Positions 1-29,900 of a stretch of 64,000 bases of DNA are shown piece after piece. The notes beneath the pieces were generated by a model. That model did no database searches. It was not told where the DNA came from and saw nothing but the letters and a program-made list of their open reading frames with translations. The stretch lies in contig NC_134027.1 of NCBI RefSeq assembly GCF_964204645.1, positions 1,768,485 to 1,832,484 of the forward strand, given 5' to 3'. The first letter of the stretch is position 1. Each line of letters begins with the position of its first letter. The translations under genes were made by a program, and so were the position numbers. Source of the DNA: Tubulanus polymorphus (Eukaryota > Animalia > Nemertea).

Positions 1-200
1 GAGTTCGGCAGAGTTAGGCAGAGTTAGGCAAAGTTAGGCAGAGATAGGCAGAGTTAGGCTGAGTCAGGCAGAGTTAGGCAGGGTCAGGCACAGTTAGGCA
101 GAATTCGGCAGAGACAGGCAGAGTTAGGCAGGAGTCAGGCAGAGTTAGGCAGAGTTAGGCAGAGTTGGCAGGGTTAGGCTGAGTTAGGCTGAGTTAGGCA
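1..200 (+). repeat. 10-bp tandem repeat (GAGTTAGGCA)n, about 20 degenerate units, continuing past the window edge
   Basis: Directly visible repeat with occasional substitutions (gagttcggca, gagacaggca, gggtcaggca). Confidence 0.95.
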
Positions 201-498
201 TACACTCGTGTTGGTAATATTGAAGTATGCGTCTCATGTACTGTTATATAATATTGTCTTGTAAAGGGGAATGAAGGAATCGTTCAAGATATTGGTTTCC
301 TTTCAGTGAAGGGCACTTCATTTCTGAATATTTCATTAGATTGCTGCGAAATGAATATACAACCCTGAGAAGGGTGTACCTCAATTCATAATTTATCAGT
401 TTTCTGTTCTTAATGAAGTAACTGTAAAAAATGAAGTTTGATATTTTTCCATAAAAAGGCCAACTTTTTGGTAAAATCTGAGAAATATCCAACCCATG

Positions 499-572
499 GG
501 ATCCAATGCAGGATTTGAACCGGGGACCTTTCACTCCGAAGCCCAGCGTGCAAACCACTAGACCACTGACCT
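499..572 (-). mobile_element. tRNA-Pro-derived SINE head or tRNA pseudogene
   Basis: Minus strand reads GGTCAGTGGTCTAGTGGTTTGCACGCTGGGCTTCGGAGTGAAAGGTCCCCGGTTCAAATCCTGCATTGGATCC: A box TGGTCTAGTGG, B box GGTTCAAATCC, and CTTCGG at the anticodon position as in tRNA-Pro(CGG). Anticodon and acceptor stems pair poorly. Confidence 0.7.
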
Positions 573-1341
573 CGAGTGTTTGTTCCTGTTAGGAAGTTTG
601 TCTTGTATGAGACCGGTCAATGCCGACCAGTCATGTGTGGAGACTTGGTTGTCAAATACTTCATTAGCAAATTCCCTTTCATTCTGTTTACCTTGAGAAT
701 TCCACCGCACAATTCTAAATGAATACTTCTAGAATATAATGAGAAAATAAGGATTATGAACTATTACAAAATATCAATAGACTGAACTTCTCTAATTCCA
801 AGAACTCCATATAATTATTGAAAGATAGAAATAGGTAATAGAAAATGGGAATTAGCGACAAGTTCCCGGTAGTTTCAGGTCTGATACTTCACTGCTTCTC
901 TAGTCAAGTATTTTACTTGTATCTAAGAGGGAAAGAGAGATGTTATTCCGTCTTATCTTCAATATTATCCGGCGGTTTTTGTATTGTTTTATCCCTGATT
1001 CTCTAAACAGAACAGGTGTTTACTGATGTTGTATTTACGTCATTCCTCTCAATACCAGACTGATCGCGGCTATTCCGATCTCTCTTCCTCCCTTCTCTCT
1101 CTCTCTCTATCTGTGCTTCAGAGAAGACTTCATTGTGAGAAAGTGAGAGGAAATCATGAATTCTTCACCTGGTTAACCAATGTATTCGCTTGACTTGTGT
1201 AAGCCGAGATAACGATACTGTGGAATTTAACAGTATACGATGTATCAGTTCATGGTTAAGGTCGTAGATCTTTAGGGTATACATAAGTAGATATCCATTT
1301 AAATATTTTGATATTGAACTGAATTTATTGAGAATGAATTT

Positions 1342-1880
1342 GGGAGAGGAGAGAGTGAGAGGGGAGGGGAGAGGGAGAAGAGAGAGTGAGAGGGGAGGGG
1401 AGAGGGAGTGAGAGGGGAGGGGAGAGGAGAGAGAGGAGAGAGTGAGATGGGAGAGAATGAGAGAGGAGAGAGAGAGAGAGGAGAGAGAGAGTGAGATAGG
1501 AGAGAGAGTGAGAGAGAGAGAGTGAGAGGGGGAGAGAAAGCAGAGAGGGAGAGTGAGAGAGGAGAGTGAGAGAGAGTGAGAGAGAGTGAGGGGTAGAGAG
1601 GAGAGGGAGTGCGAGGGGAGAGAGAGTAGAGAGGGAGAGTGAGAGGGGACGGAGAGGAGAGTGAGAGTGAGGGGGAGAGAGGAGAGAGAGGGAGTGCGAG
1701 GGGAGAGAGAGCAGAGAGTGAGAGTGAGAGGGGAGAGAGAGAGTGAGAGCGAGAGGGGAGAGAGTGAGAGGGAGAGTGAGAGGGGAGAGAGAGTGAGGGG
1801 GAGAGAGGAGAGAGAGTGAGGGGGAGAGGGAGAGTGAGAGGAGAGAGAGAGTGAGGGGAGAGAGGAGAGAGTGAGAGGGA
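1342..1880 (+). repeat. Degenerate polypurine (GA-rich) tract
   Basis: About 540 bp almost entirely G/A; the source of the spurious Ser/Leu/Pro ORF. Confidence 0.95.
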
Positions 1881-2452
1881 CCTGTTGAAGTTCACCTGAT
1901 CTCTAGATGTTTCAATCTATAATTTGTAATTCTATTTCACAGCTCTGAACCTGATATACCATGTTTACCTGTATTCATACCTTACAGCATTCGACATACA
2001 ATCTGTTAATTATCTCATAACGTCTTCTTCAAATATTACACTCTATAATTGGATGATTGGTATAGGATATTATCAACCATATATAAATATGATTATCGCA
2101 TGGAGAGGAAATTGCTGGTCTGTCTCTCGGCGATCTAAATGAACTCTATTTCTATCTGTACCTAATATTGATCTCATCAGTGCTTCGTGTTCATTCTTGT
2201 TGGTTATGATATTTTCAGTAGGTTATCGGTTTTATTTGAGTTAGTTTCATTGAGAGTTGTATCTGTGGTTTTTATGTGTTAGACACATCGATTTTCAGTA
2301 TTCAGAATGATGCGCGTCTGTCTCTGGTGTAAATCGATGGATTAAAGTTGGACGCTTGTAATTATCAGACTCAATGATTAGTGACGATCAGACGCATTAC
2401 AGAAAATACATCACACACGTCATGTGTAACTATTGAATCACTTAATTGAAGC

Positions 2453-2907
2453 AGAGACAAGAGAGGAGAGAAGAGAGGGGAGTGAGGAGAGGAGAGAGGG
2501 GGAGAGAGGAAAGAGAGAGAGGAGATAGGAGAGAGAGGAGAGGGGGAGAGGAGAGAGGGGGAGAGAGGGAGAGAGGGGGAAAGAGGAGAGAGGGAGATAG
2601 AGGAGTGAGGAGAGGAGAGAGGGAGGAAAGAGGGGGAGAGAGAGGAAAGAGAGAGAGAGGAGATAGGAGAGGGGGAGAGAGGAGAGGAGAGAGGGGAGGA
2701 AAGAGGGGGAGAGAGGAAAGAGAGAGAGAGGAGAGGGAGAGAGAGAGTGAGGAGAGGAGAGAGGGGAGGAAAGAGGGGGAGAGAGAGGAAAGAGAGAGAG
2801 GAGATAGGAGAGAGAGGAGAGGGGAGAGAGAGGAGAGAGGAGAGAGGAGAGAGGGGAGAGGGAGAGAGGAGAGGGGGAGAGAGAGGAGAGAGGGAGAGAG
2901 GGGAGAG
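2453..2907 (+). repeat. Degenerate polypurine (GA-rich) tract
   Basis: About 455 bp of G/A; the source of the spurious Arg/Glu/Gly ORFs. Confidence 0.95.
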
Positions 2908-2920
2908 CGGAGTATTTGAC

Positions 2921-3021
2921 CTGTGCCAGAATGTTTTTGATGGTCAGGCTAATGCGGCCCGTGTCGAACAGGCACACCCACATGTGGTACCAGTTTGATC
3001 TCGGCTTGATACTGAAGTCAC
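2921..3021 (-). CDS. Candidate exon of a nested antisense gene: (G)DFSIKPRSNWYHMWVCLFDTGRISLTIKNILAQ
   Basis: Minus-strand acceptor ttttttttaag| and donor CAG|gtcaaa, an open frame, and mostly C/G-ending codons unlike the flanks. Weak resemblance to the BPI/LBP N-terminal domain by eye only. Confidence 0.35.
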
Positions 3022-3486
3022 CTTAAAAAAAAGAGTTTTTAAAACCTATTTATTTGCTGTTTGTTTTCGAGACGCAGTCCTCATGATTGGATCTGGTTTT
3101 ATATGTATGTAGAATCATAGAGTTGGTGTTTAATACATTATTTGTACGACAATATCTATGGTTTTAGATGTGAATCCCCTGATGCTAGTATGATTACATG
3201 CACCACTCGGTGATGAGCTGCTGGTTCAGTCAGTCGATACTGTGTGTATGTAGCGTTATATCGATGAGACTGATTCCTATCCCTTCACTCTATAAAACGC
3301 AATCTACCATACATGAAAAATGAATCTCATATATTCAGTTTCTATACGGATTAATTCAATAATGTTCTCGGTTCTCGGTTCATTTTGCTCCATCTATTTA
3401 TTATTACCCATTACTGAAATGATCCGCGGTAAGATATTTATGATCTGGTGATAAAAAAGTGAATATTTATCGATTGATTGTTGTAG

Positions 3487-21407
<17,921 letters not shown>

Positions 21408-21587
21408 TGATCTTGCGCACGTTTTCGGAAAATGTGGAACAAAAAACTGTGATTAATTGGTTTAGATTATCCTTATTGGTACGAATAACACGGCGAGTGG
21501 AGCCTGAATAGTATGCAGGTACATGTGCAATCAGATTGCCTGTTGTACCCGCGCATATATCTCTATACTCGGGCTGATCAGGCAGGG

Positions 21588-22283
21588 TTTTGTACCGAAG
21601 TAGAGTCTCACGATACCATCAGGTTCGAATCCCTGGTGAGGGAGATTGTCTAAAATAGGGCATCAAAAAGTGAATTTTGTACCGAAGTAGAGTCTCACCA
21701 TGCCATCAGGTTCGAATCCCTGGTGAGGGAGATTGTCTATAATAGGGCATCAAAAAGTGAATTTTGTACCGAAGTAGAGTCTCACGATGCCATCAGGTTC
21801 GAATCCCTGGTGAGGGAGATTGTCTAAAATAGGGCATCAAAAAGTGAATTTTGTACCGAAGTAGAGTCTCACCATGCCATCAGGTTCGAATCCCTGGTGA
21901 GGGAGATTGTCTATAATAGGGCATCAAAAAGTGAATTTTGTACCGAAGTAGAGTCTCACGATGCCATCAGGTTCGAATCCCTGGTGAGGGAGATTGTCTA
22001 TAATAGGGCATCAAAAAGTGAATTTTGTACCGAAGTAGAGTCTCACGATGCCATCAGGTTCGAATCCCTGGTGAGGGAGATTGTCTATAATAGGGCATCA
22101 AAAAGTGAATTTTGTACCGAAGTAGAGTCTCACGATGCCATCAGGTTCGAATCCCTGGTGAGGGAGATTGTCTATAATAGGGCATCAAAAAGTGAATTTT
22201 GTACCGAAGTAGAGTCTCACGATGCCATCAGGTTCGAATCCCTGGTGAGGGAGATTGTCTAAAATAGGGCATCAAAAAGTGAA
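21588..22283 (+). repeat. Minisatellite of 8 near-identical 87-bp units derived from the MULE-MITE TIR; each unit has a B box GGTTCGAATCC
   Basis: 696 bp = 8 x 87; the unit shares gatgccatcaggttcgaatccctg with the TIR at about 3926-3949. Confidence 0.95.
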
Positions 22284-22923
22284 TGTGTGAACAGCAAATA
22301 AATCAGCGAGAAGCTATAGGTGTTTTTTAGTGCATCACCGTCTAGTCGACACTGCTGTTAGACGTCGTGTATTTAACACATAATTTATTTATACATAGTG
22401 CTTTTATGTTCGTGTATAAACTCTATATAAACGTAGAGAAAAACGATGATGATTTAAACACTGGTTAAATACAATAGAAATCATTTACATTACTGATATA
22501 TGATGTATATATACATTTTTTGCTAATATTGTAAAGATTTTTACCGATATTTGTAACAGCTCTCATCATAAACCGGGAGTTTCACAAAGACAAATCACTG
22601 TCTGCTTAAACTGGGCTGCCGTGCAATGTCAACATTCACCGGTCATATTCAATCATCTTTAATGAATATTTTACACCGACTGATGTAAATGAATGGTTAC
22701 ATACAGCACACAAACCATGACTTGTATATTATCTACCAGCTAATACGGTAGATATCATATGCCCAAAGTCATCATGCCATTCTACACAATTTTATCAATA
22801 TAGGATTAGTGAGTAGACTTTGTAAAATTCTGCCAACTGACAACTTTTACGACTGTGATGATCATCGCAGTTGATTGTGAATTCAGTAAATACGCATTCT
22901 ACTTGTTGAATGCTGTGTATATG

Positions 22924-23126
22924 AGCCACATTCGCACTACGTTAAAACAGCTTCTACACTAGTGAAAAGTCATTTTAGAAATTTAAACTGATCCAGGTCC
23001 GTTTTGAATTTTAGAACAGGCCATTTTCTGTGTGTTAATAGAAACTACTTGAATTGCCTGTCAATCATAGCATCATTTGGCTGTTCTAAATTAGAACAGG
23101 CTAGTAGCAAAAGCGTGAATGTGGCT
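22924..23126. mobile_element. Harbinger-type MITE, same family as 10631-10840
   Basis: TIR AGCCACATTCGCACT / AGCGTGAATGTGGCT. Confidence 0.7.
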
Positions 23127-23376
23127 ATAACTTGACGGAGGGCGGTTCATCAAGAATTCAATGTGGCAGAAAAATCTTTGTTGTTTAAAATACATAAATA
23201 CATGGTCTTGAAAATATAAGTGCAACGATTCATTTAGATCATCTTTAAATGAATGTAAACCTGGCAATATTTATAATCATACGAAGCATTTAAATACCGT
23301 TATATCATCTTGTTTATTGGAAATAGAATAATGAACAATATTTGTTGCATGTTTTAAATTTATTATCTACTGACTA

Positions 23377-23510
<134 letters not shown>

Positions 23511-24445
23511 TGTTTACTACATGTACATTTGTAATTTTTGTTGCGTAAATAATTTAGAGAATATGATATATCATTAATTCTAAACAATAATATACACGAA
23601 TTACTGACCTAAATGATAATAAAGTGGCTGATAATGAACGGCCTCTTGACCATAGCTCACTCAGGAATGTCTTATACTATCTGTGACTGCTGTCAACATT
23701 AAATGGCTATTTTTAACCAAGCTATAATATAACGTCTAGATCAATAAGTACAAGAGAAAATATAATTGCGAATACATATTCAATACTAAAAACGAGATAA
23801 ACTTGCTGTAGATATTGAACATATGCATAAAATGTTGTATAACTCGAAGAATTGTTGTTTGTAAATCGATTATCAGCTTCACAAATTCTACTTCTTGAAT
23901 TTATGTTATCATGAGGAAATGATTGTTAATATACAGTTGATTTTTAGTAAAGACAGACTTACGCCTGTCTTTATGCTACACCTTGTTGATGTGAATAATC
24001 ATAATATATGTGTAATACATTAAGATGCTAGGTTAATGAACGTATTGTGTAGTTTGTAAATAGCTGAATTGTGAATAGATTACATTTTTTCTAATGCTTT
24101 CGATGCAAATTGTTGTTAGCGACCCTTTAAATTAGCAGGTTCGCAGTTCTTCAGTTTTTGTGACATACTTTGATTTCTATTCGACATATTGTAATCCTTA
24201 TATGCAACATTCTTAGCAATTATTATCATCATTCTCCTTCTCTCTTCTTGTCGCCTCTAGGAATATTAGATAACATGGAATCTCAATTATAACCGATTTG
24301 TGTTCAAGTAATATTGAATCTCATTGATATATTCGCACATTTAAACTTTGAATAAAAATCGTTCATCAATTTTATGACTCTTTCGATCGAGATGAATCGT
24401 GTTAATTCTGTATTGTTGTTAATGAGCCAAAATAACATGTACTAA

Positions 24446-24665
24446 GGCTAAACAAAAATGATACCTTGTTTCTCCGCAGCGGCCGGGTCATTTTTGTAAA
24501 ATATGATAAAATTTGTAAACAGTTCATTTCTACAGCGGCCGGGTCTGTTATGGTAAAATTGATCACGATTTTAAAAAAAGTAATGTATAGGGTAGATAGG
24601 CGGCCGGCCGGGTCAACATTTAAGCACAGCAGAGCGGAGAAACAAGGTATCAATTTTTTTTAGCC
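24446..24665. mobile_element. MITE with about 30-bp TIRs and TAA flanks (PIF/Harbinger-like); internal GGCCGGGTC x3
   Basis: TAA|GGCTAAACAAAAATGATACCTTGTTTCTCCGC ... GCGGAGAAACAAGGTATCAATTTTTTTTAGCC|TAA. Confidence 0.8.
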
Positions 24666-26964
24666 TAATAGTACATTCTGCGCGAGTAGAGTCCATTTAT
24701 TTCTTGTTACGTATTAGATATATGAGGCATGTGTTTTGATTATTTGGTGCTCTGTATGATAAAGCCTCATATATTAAATAGTAACTGTTGATTAGAACCT
24801 GTTTTGATTACTGTCGTAGATAATGCACTGATATGTGTATTTTTTCTGTATATGTCTGTAAATTAATAAAATAGTCTGAAATACTATCAATTTGTTGTTT
24901 TGTTTTATCAGAAGGCTTCGAATAAACCCTGAATTCACCATTCCACGACCCCCTCGAATCTCCTTCCTAACTAGCGAGCCCTGGGCTCTGATCACATGTC
25001 CAATACATCGGCTAAGCTTCCTTCGCGGTGATATTTGAGAAGCTGCCCAGTAAGACCAAGCACTTGTCATTTCGGACGTATCACGTGGTCCGAGAGGTCC
25101 GATGGATTTTTGCTCAGTAAACCCTATGATAGTTAATTTCTAAACGACTTAGACACATCACTTTTTAAGATTTATCTTGTCATCCTAAAAATGTGCGACA
25201 TGAATCGAGGAAGTCATGTCTAGCGGGAATGTCCCCTTACAAGATAAAACCAATAAATATAATTTCAGTAGGATTTTATCTGAAATGAGTTTTTTTTATA
25301 CACGTAGGTGCTAGTATCAAAGTTCAGATATATGAAGTGTCTGTTATCAGCTTGTTATTGTAATGACCCCTTTTGACCTGCGGGCGTCCAGTGGTCAAAA
25401 CAAACCGAATAAACGCGGGAAAGTCTGATGATCGTCCTGTGAAATGTCGTTGTTTCGGTGGTACCTGGGGCTGTTTTATATGTATGAAAAATGTTTTTAT
25501 TCATTTGACCCAAATATCAAAAGAGAGCCACAAATGACTTCATCGTCGCTGGGTTCGAAACACAGGATCGAGCTCGTAGTTTGGGGGTGCTTAGATCAAA
25601 CCTCAATCTCCTATGGTTCGCTTATAAGAACATTCAATTTCATTAATCCATCATCTCCTGTCCCCCAAATGGATCGTTTCGCTGGGATATTGACCCAGGG
25701 AGAATAAATCGTGCATAATATGAATGTATTTGTTAAAAATGCACGTGTATTTGGAGCACTAGTTTGACTAGTTTTCTGCCATGTAATTATGTGAATAGTG
25801 ATTATATAAAACTGATTTTTGTGTGTGATATTTTTTTGTGTCTTTGACTCAGGGGTCCAATATTTCTCAGCACAGTAACAGGTAATTCTAAAACTTCACG
25901 CCGTTTTATTGCACTGTCAAGTTTCCTACGATATCTTACGTTACAATAACTTTATCAAGGCTAGTGCTATGTATTTATGGTCGTGTCTTTTGAAATTTGA
26001 TATCAAAGGTTTTCGTAGATCTGATAAGACGAGAGAACCTGACACAGATATCTATTAACAAGGTACCGAAAGGTACCGAAGAGTATGAGGTCCTGAGAGA
26101 TAATCACTTTATGAACTATGTAACGTCATTATTCCACGAACGGTAGTAGACACAGTTATAAAACAGATCCGATCTCAGCGTTCGGTGACATTAGTGAAAG
26201 TTTTCAAGATCAATTGCTTTTACTTCTTTACGACAAAGTGAATTTGGGAAGTTTTCGACGTATCGAGATCGATTGCTTTTACTTTTCAACAACAAAGGGA
26301 ATTCGGGAATAATTAGTGCAAACAAAAACTTTTTTTTTGATGGAATTTCTGCGAAGTTAACTCGGTGTCGGAAAGTGGACTTAAGATCATAAGAAGTAGG
26401 TATTACGTGTTACAGCTGACTTTTGTTCACCGTCGATCTAGACGACAAAATAGTGTATCGACAAACTCAAAATGTCAGATATATATTGATATTGAACCAG
26501 ATTTATGTAAAAACATTATATATTTCAAGAAGTAAAGTATTTCAGCTAGTCCATCTAATAGCAACATTAATAACATGTCACTGTACTAAACATTCAGACA
26601 ATTCAGTGCATATTGTTCAGAAAGGTCGAAAGGTTTTTTGGCACAGAACGCAGTACATCCGTAACGCCTATTTTTACAAACTTCTGCGAGGAATATTTTC
26701 ATAAATCTAAAACCCGGCTTCTTGGCCAATACCTAATGACTCTTACAGCGCCTTGTACACTGACAATGGACAAAACGTCGTATAATTCTTTCCTAATTCA
26801 AACGTGGATCTAAATATACCAAACAAAAGGCAGATTTCTTTAAAAGGAAGCCTATCTTTAGATATTTCCTCCAATTTCTTCATATCGTATATTACTCCAT
26901 CATAGATCAGTTAAATAGATCTGAAAAACCTTTAGGCCAGTACATACCACAATAGGCTAAAGCT

Positions 26965-29900
26965 ATGGGTTACGGAAAATTTCAGGAGGTAAGAACTGAT
27001 AGACCGTAATTAAATTATCCCTCCAACTCAAATCATAGATCAACCACCTGCTTCAATTACGATGTATATTGCTAACTTAACTTTATTCAATAATAAGATG
27101 AAATTAGTTATTTGAATATTTAGAAAATAATTTTGATTACCTCCAGGAGGACCTGACGAGTGGTGAGGAGGATATTGAGGATATTATCGAGGAAGTAGAA
27201 GAGGAAAATAACGAAATGGAAAGTTCGCAAGGTTGTTTTCAGGGATATCTGGATATCAAACAACCACCAAAAGTCAGAGGTTCCAAATTGAGGGTAAGAA
27301 TATGTAATTAGACCTCAGTTTTTTTCGATTAGTCATCGTCACACGCCTGAGCCCCAGACGTCGGAAATTTCAAGAGCGATTTTTCCGATAAACAATAATT
27401 AGAAATAGAATTAGATCGTGGAAATCAAACTGCGTCATTCATCTGATTGAATAATAATCGTTTTTAACAAGCACTGATAATGAAATCTAGTCTACCAGAT
27501 ATGAGGAAATGTGTCACCTGAGGTCAATTTTTCTTCGTTTTTTCCTATGAATGTCGACTTTTTAAACATCACTAATATTTCTTGTATCTTGCAACATTTT
27601 TTGGAGAGAAACAAAAAATATCATATACCTTCATATTCCCGACCGATCAGTTCTTTTATTCTATGCCTTGCCTATACGACTGGTTCTATACAAAGAGATC
27701 TCCAAAAATAGCACCATTTGTCACCATTGTATGACCAGCAGAGTGGCGCAGTGGAAGCGTGCTGGGCCCATAACCCAGAGGTCCGTGGATCGAAACCACG
27801 CTCTGCTATGAGTTACATTTTTACGAGATGCAAGTTGGCATCAAGAAGATAATTCTTTTACTAGATAACCTATTTTTTTATTTTTGTTTTAGGTATGGAA
27901 AAGAAAATGGATCGAAATACATCAAATCAGAGACCTTTCAACGGAGAAATATTCTGCCAAACTTGATATTTACACCGATCACGAGAGCGCACTTTGCAAA
28001 CCGAACGAAAAACATACGATATTGTTAGAATTGGTGACTGAGGTGAAAAAGTGCAAGTCAAAAACTCGGTCGTTTGCGTTTGAAGTGAATGTTGAGACTG
28101 GACCAGTTTTATTCCTGGCTGGAGCTAGTGAAACGATTAGACAAACGTGTATGAGATCATTGAAAGCGATGTTATGGCTTTCGAGTCGGGAACTTGAAAA
28201 GGGTAAATAAATAAAGACCTTTGATGATCTATTAATATTTCTGAAATCGTGAATATATTCGTATGATATGCGTTTCATTTCTAGATGTTTTCGACGTTTT
28301 GGTGATTGGTAATAAATATTCTGAAATGTTAAGTTTGAGCGGTGACTATCGGTTATCAATAACACCGGAAAGGGTTGCATTGATGTCACCGGAAAGTGAA
28401 CCTACTGATATTCCTGCTGTTAAATGGAAACTGAATACTCTGAAACGATTCTTTCTCTATCAAGATCCGGGACCCGACAAGGACCACGTATTCGTCATCG
28501 AAGCTGGACCGTGAGTACTGTAGCTTCATGTTTTACGTAAATGCATCTGATTTATTCAAATTGAACTTAAAATAGGAATGTTTTGCTTACAGGAAATGCG
28601 ACACTGGTAAAGGTGAATATCGCTTCTTTTGTTTGGAAGCTGAAAAAGTTTTGAAGGTTATTTCTGATAGTATCGACGAGGCCATTCGACTGAAAAACAA
28701 TTCGCTCCCAAACGTCACTTCATGTACATCCTTGTCTTCGGTTACGTCTCGCGAACGCACATATTCGGACAATTCCGTAAGCGATGAAGCTACAGATACC
28801 TACAGTACAGTAGGATTAACACCCATTGCTGAAGATCATCGACCAGTGCGTTCTGATACCGATGCTTCAGTCGATGATGCCACATATAACACACTTTCAT
28901 GTGGGTTCAATAGTTATTTCAAGCCGAGGAACAGTCCGGAATCAAAAGTTAGATCCGAAGCCCAGAAATTACCCCAAGACACAGATACTCCAACACCAAT
29001 CATCGCACCACGCGCCAAACGTTCAGAATCCCAAAATCAAGAAGAGCGCCCAACGCCGAGACCACGTCCTAGAGCTTCAACATCCAAAACAAATGCTGGA
29101 CATTTACCGAATCCATTGCGTCTGAGCCTCGGGACTGAAACGAAGTATGAAGAATGTGGTATTTACGATGTAACCCCATCGGGCGTACGACCAGTGTCTG
29201 AGTTTAGAGCTGTTCCAATCGCAGCTCCACCCCCAATTCCAGCCAGACGCGTCCGAACAAGAAGTGATGGATACAGCGAGGTGGTCGTCACCCGTGAATC
29301 ACCAGGAGTGAAAGTAGTTGCAAATTCACAAAAACGTGCCTCATCCAGTTCGGGAGTTTCCGTGAATTCTGATGGATCGCGAGATTCCATTCCCGAAGAC
29401 GAAGAACCGTCGGAACTTGCAGATAGCCTTCTGTCGTCCGCTAATTATCGCACAGATGACGATATCACTACGAACGACCCCGAAATCGCTGGAACAGATA
29501 AAATATATTCGAAAGTTGTTGAGGATATCATTGAAGAGGAAAAGTGCAGGAAGATATCAACAGGGTCGCATATATATCAAGAGCTCTTTTTGCAAGGCGA
29601 TGAAATAGAAGATAATGATAAAATACACGCAGACGATAAGCAAGAATTGGTGAACACAGAACGAAAACCTAGTTTAAAAGAAAGGCGTCGTAGTTCAGTT
29701 GTCAATATAAAAATTCCTCTCGTAAACAACAGCGACGCTTTCAAACAGCTGGATAACGAAGAAGGCGCGAACGACGATCCTGCTGTGGAAAATGTCTACG
29801 AAGACCTGGATAAGTTCAGAAAGGATATTTTGAAGTATCTCGGCTGCGAAGAAGAAGCATCGGTAACACCACCGCCAACACCGTCTCGACCGGAAAGAAA

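Noticed and set aside
1-200. True telomere
   Set aside because: The unit is a degenerate 10-mer rather than a pure 5-6-mer, and the MTSS1 5' exons must lie further upstream.
499-572. Functional tRNA-Pro gene
   Set aside because: Anticodon and acceptor stems are disrupted; better read as a SINE head or pseudogene.
1299-2998. Long Ser/Leu/Pro and Arg/Glu/Gly ORFs
   Set aside because: Translations of GA/TC simple repeats.
21588-22283. CRISPR array or 29-aa repeat protein (ORF 21897-22262)
   Set aside because: No unique spacers, no cas genes, eukaryotic context. The ORF exists because 87 is divisible by 3, and it is broken by TAA variants in units 1, 3 and 8.
25425-25455. CTGATGA...GAAA hammerhead-like match (also near 35074 and 52390)
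   Set aside because: Stems I and II cannot form.
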